Source: Takakia lepidozioides
Lineage: Eukaryota > Plantae > Bryophyta
NCBI GenBank assembly: GCA_030704615.1
Contig: CM060731.1
Coordinates: 88,908,001 to 88,972,000, forward strand
Length of the DNA: 64,000 nt
Reading direction: 5' to 3'
The notes under the pieces are model-generated. The model was not told where the DNA came from. It made no database searches and saw only the letters and a list, made by a program, of their open reading frames with translations. A program made the translations under genes and the position numbers. Below are positions 61,484-64,000 of this stretch, piece by piece (positions within the stretch are counted from its first letter, which is position 1; each line of letters opens with the position of its first letter).

Positions 61484-63266
61484 ATGAGCTTTTTGGCAGG
61501 GAGGTTGGCGGCCACGGAGGGTGCCTTCTTCACACAGCATTCCAAGCAAGTCGCCGCCGCCCTCAAGCACAAACTTGGCTCTCTAAAGACAATTGACTCT
61601 ACAAATTCTTCACCTACTAACCCATCTGTCTCAGATACTTTGCAGGCTGATGTTTTGCCAGAAGTGCTTAGACACTCGACCCCACTAGCACCCAATCGAC
61701 CGCCATCTCTCTCATCCGCGACCGAAACTGCACCAGCCCCTTCCTCTCTGGCCGCGGCTCTTCAATTGACCTTGGGCTCCCGGAAAGCAGTCAAGAATGC
61801 GGAGATTCGAAATGGATTTGGTGGCAATGGTCCTGTGGCTCACCTTCCAAGTATTCCTCAGACCACTCTTGGCCGGAGAAAGTGAGTAATTTTCAACGTT
61901 GTGGGCATATTTGGTTTCCGTGAAAACACAGTGCACTCCGGGGTTGTACAGTTGTGTTTCTGGTCTGGTTCGAATTCATGGAAGTTTTTGGTAGTGTGAA
62001 ATTGAAGAGCCTTCAAATTCATACTAGGAATTGATGGTTCTTGGATCTGAAACAGACTGAAATGGTTGTATACAGCTGATAGGAATCTGGTTGCAAAAGG
62101 CGAGTCTTGATTTATGGGCTAGCATGGACGATCTGCTGAACGATGATGCCAGTGCTATATGTGTAACCCAGGCTTAGTACTAAGCGAGAGTTGCCGCGGA
62201 AGTGGTGATAACGTAGTGGGGCATCTGTATATTGTTCTTCATGTTTCAAATTCCAAATTCTTAAGCTTCCGTTCAATGTGCTCCACTGAACATAGGACAG
62301 AGAACTGGATATTCTATTTAGTACCAACAGTGTTGGTGGGGACTGCTAGATGGAATATAGAGGCACCGGAAGTCAGGGTGGCAGCATCCACAGCTAATGA
62401 TGCTCGAGTGGGTGTGGAAAATAGCGAGAATGTCAAAGCAATGATGGAGGGCTTGTTTGATGGTACGCCATTGCTTCTACTCTGCAGGTCAAGGTGGAGG
62501 CCCTCTTAAAGTAAATTTATTGGTTTTTGTTTTCCACCTAGACCCTGACTTTTGAGCTGGTTGATACTCTTATACACACTGGCTCAGATGGTTAAGTCAA
62601 TCTGCAACCAATGCCAGGAATCTATGACCTATTTCATAGGATGATTTATCAAGTCCTAAGCAAAGGATCATTTTGACCCCTCTAGGTTCTAGACCATCTT
62701 AACTAAACACAACAGATGTTTCATTGTTTGTTATTCTCAATTGGAGCATTTTCTTAACTCTTTACATCATGCCTACTGTGTTGATACTATGCAGTACCGG
62801 TCAACCTTAGCCCACATTCATATCCTGAAAGCACTTACTCAAATTAAACCAAGTTGTGGCTGAAGAGCGTAGAAGTAACACTAAAAACTGAAAGAAGCCT
62901 GCACATGGTGGCCTGCACATGTGCTTATGTAGCACTGGCTTGTTAAATAAAGTATCAGTTGGAAAAGCAGAGGCGGCAGAGCTTGTGAGTTTGTAGCCCA
63001 TTATTAAGCGGAGCACTTTTTGCACATTGATTCTCGCTTTTACTTGCAAGCAAGCCAGTCTTCCAAATGCTATTCTCTACTGTTTAAATCTCGAATCCTC
63101 TACTGGGTCATCTATGTCTTGTGCTATGTCATTTGACTTAACATAAGTGCACCTGCTGTGCTATTTGGGAGCAGTGACAAAAGCCTTTTTAGTGGCTTCT
63201 GGGCTGGTGTTTGGAGGGGGTGTTATTGGAGTCTCCATAGTCAGTGCACGCCTTGAGTTGCGATCG
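61484..63266 (+). CDS. Conserved plant protein of unknown function with a TM segment; partial (exons ~61484-61881, 62301-62462, ~63175-63266), continues downstream
   Basis: MSFLAGRLAATEGAFFTQHSKQ, ADVLPEVLRHS, RW...ASTAND.R, KAFLVASGLVFGG; phase-compatible GT-AG junctions. Confidence 0.8.
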
Positions 63267-64000
63267 GTGAGTAATTCTTATCTCCTGAGCAATAAAGCTG
63301 GCTCTGAGCCTCATCCAGAGAAGAATTTGAACTGACATTTGGGTTGAATGTGTCTGGCCATTGCTGCGGGGATTTCCAAGGGGATTTTCATACCTGGAAG
63401 GTGATAAATGAGGGAGATTGTGTCAACTCATAAACTGTGCTTGCTTTAGCCTTATGCCGATGAGAAGATGAGTGAGAAGGAGGGGAAGACACAAAGACGG
63501 AACGTATCCCCACATGTGTTGCTGTAGTAGGACTCGCCTTTGTTGAATAAGTTTATTTTGGTTTTCCAGATTTCCTCCAGCATGTCCAGTATAGTATCAT
63601 CTATTCGCCTCAAGAATACATGATAGAATTAAGCCTAAGCCAGGCCAATTTAGATTTGAAATCTGACCCTGGGAGGGGCAGCTGGATGATGTGCGTATAA
63701 AAGGGCGAGAAGCTTTTCAGCCTCGGCTTGAAAGACTACAACAACATTTTGAGCCTTTAAGGCTTTGGGTACGTGAGTATTATTTGCTAGAACATGAATG
63801 TCGTGGTTTTGAGATGGACCCTTTGTCTTCAATAATTACCCTTGGTATCACGGATGGTACACAACTATTGATCCATGGTGTCTTTAGCTGCTTACCCTGT
63901 CTGTATCACAGGGGCCTCCCATGGGTGTAATACTTCCGCTGCCTCTTCCCTAGGCCTTCTGGCCCTTTGCTGTGGACAACTTAAACATCTTATGCTCTAC

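Noticed and set aside
60531-61487. 318-aa ORF
   Set aside because: No recognisable motifs; it runs through a GA-rich UTR-like tract of the next gene, so it is probably spurious.

Overview
Eukaryotic, plant-type genomic DNA: spliced genes, PLS-class PPR fragments, OSB-type PDF motifs and a GT37 fucosyltransferase. A non-seed land plant is likely, but that is inference. The first ~48 kb is a nest of transposons. (1) The 3' part of a Ty3/Gypsy element with extra ORFs (1-7277). (2) A decayed array of OSB 'PDF' motif exons mixed with PPR fragments (7.3-14.7 kb). (3) A ~30 kb CACTA element (14800-44701, TSD AAG) inserted in an RNase H-bearing LINE. The CACTA carries a divergent TnpA-like gene with an FCP1-type phosphatase domain and hosts two nested insertions: a 7.5 kb Mutator-like element (22744-30250, 9-bp TSD) and a 10 kb retroelement (33849-43898, TSD TCCC). 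The 10 kb retroelement is the most unusual feature. It has Gypsy-type gag/protease/DDE integrase genes, a DNMT3/DRM-like cytosine methyltransferase inside pol and a C-terminal PHD finger. Instead of two LTRs it has split direct repeats (A...B-A-B), a palindromic internal CA-GC-TG junction matching its two termini, and a 16-nt self-complementary primer site instead of a tRNA PBS. The last ~12 kb holds ordinary host genes: a xyloglucan fucosyltransferase-like gene, a small membrane protein and a partial conserved plant protein. All domain calls come from motif recognition by eye; no database search was run.
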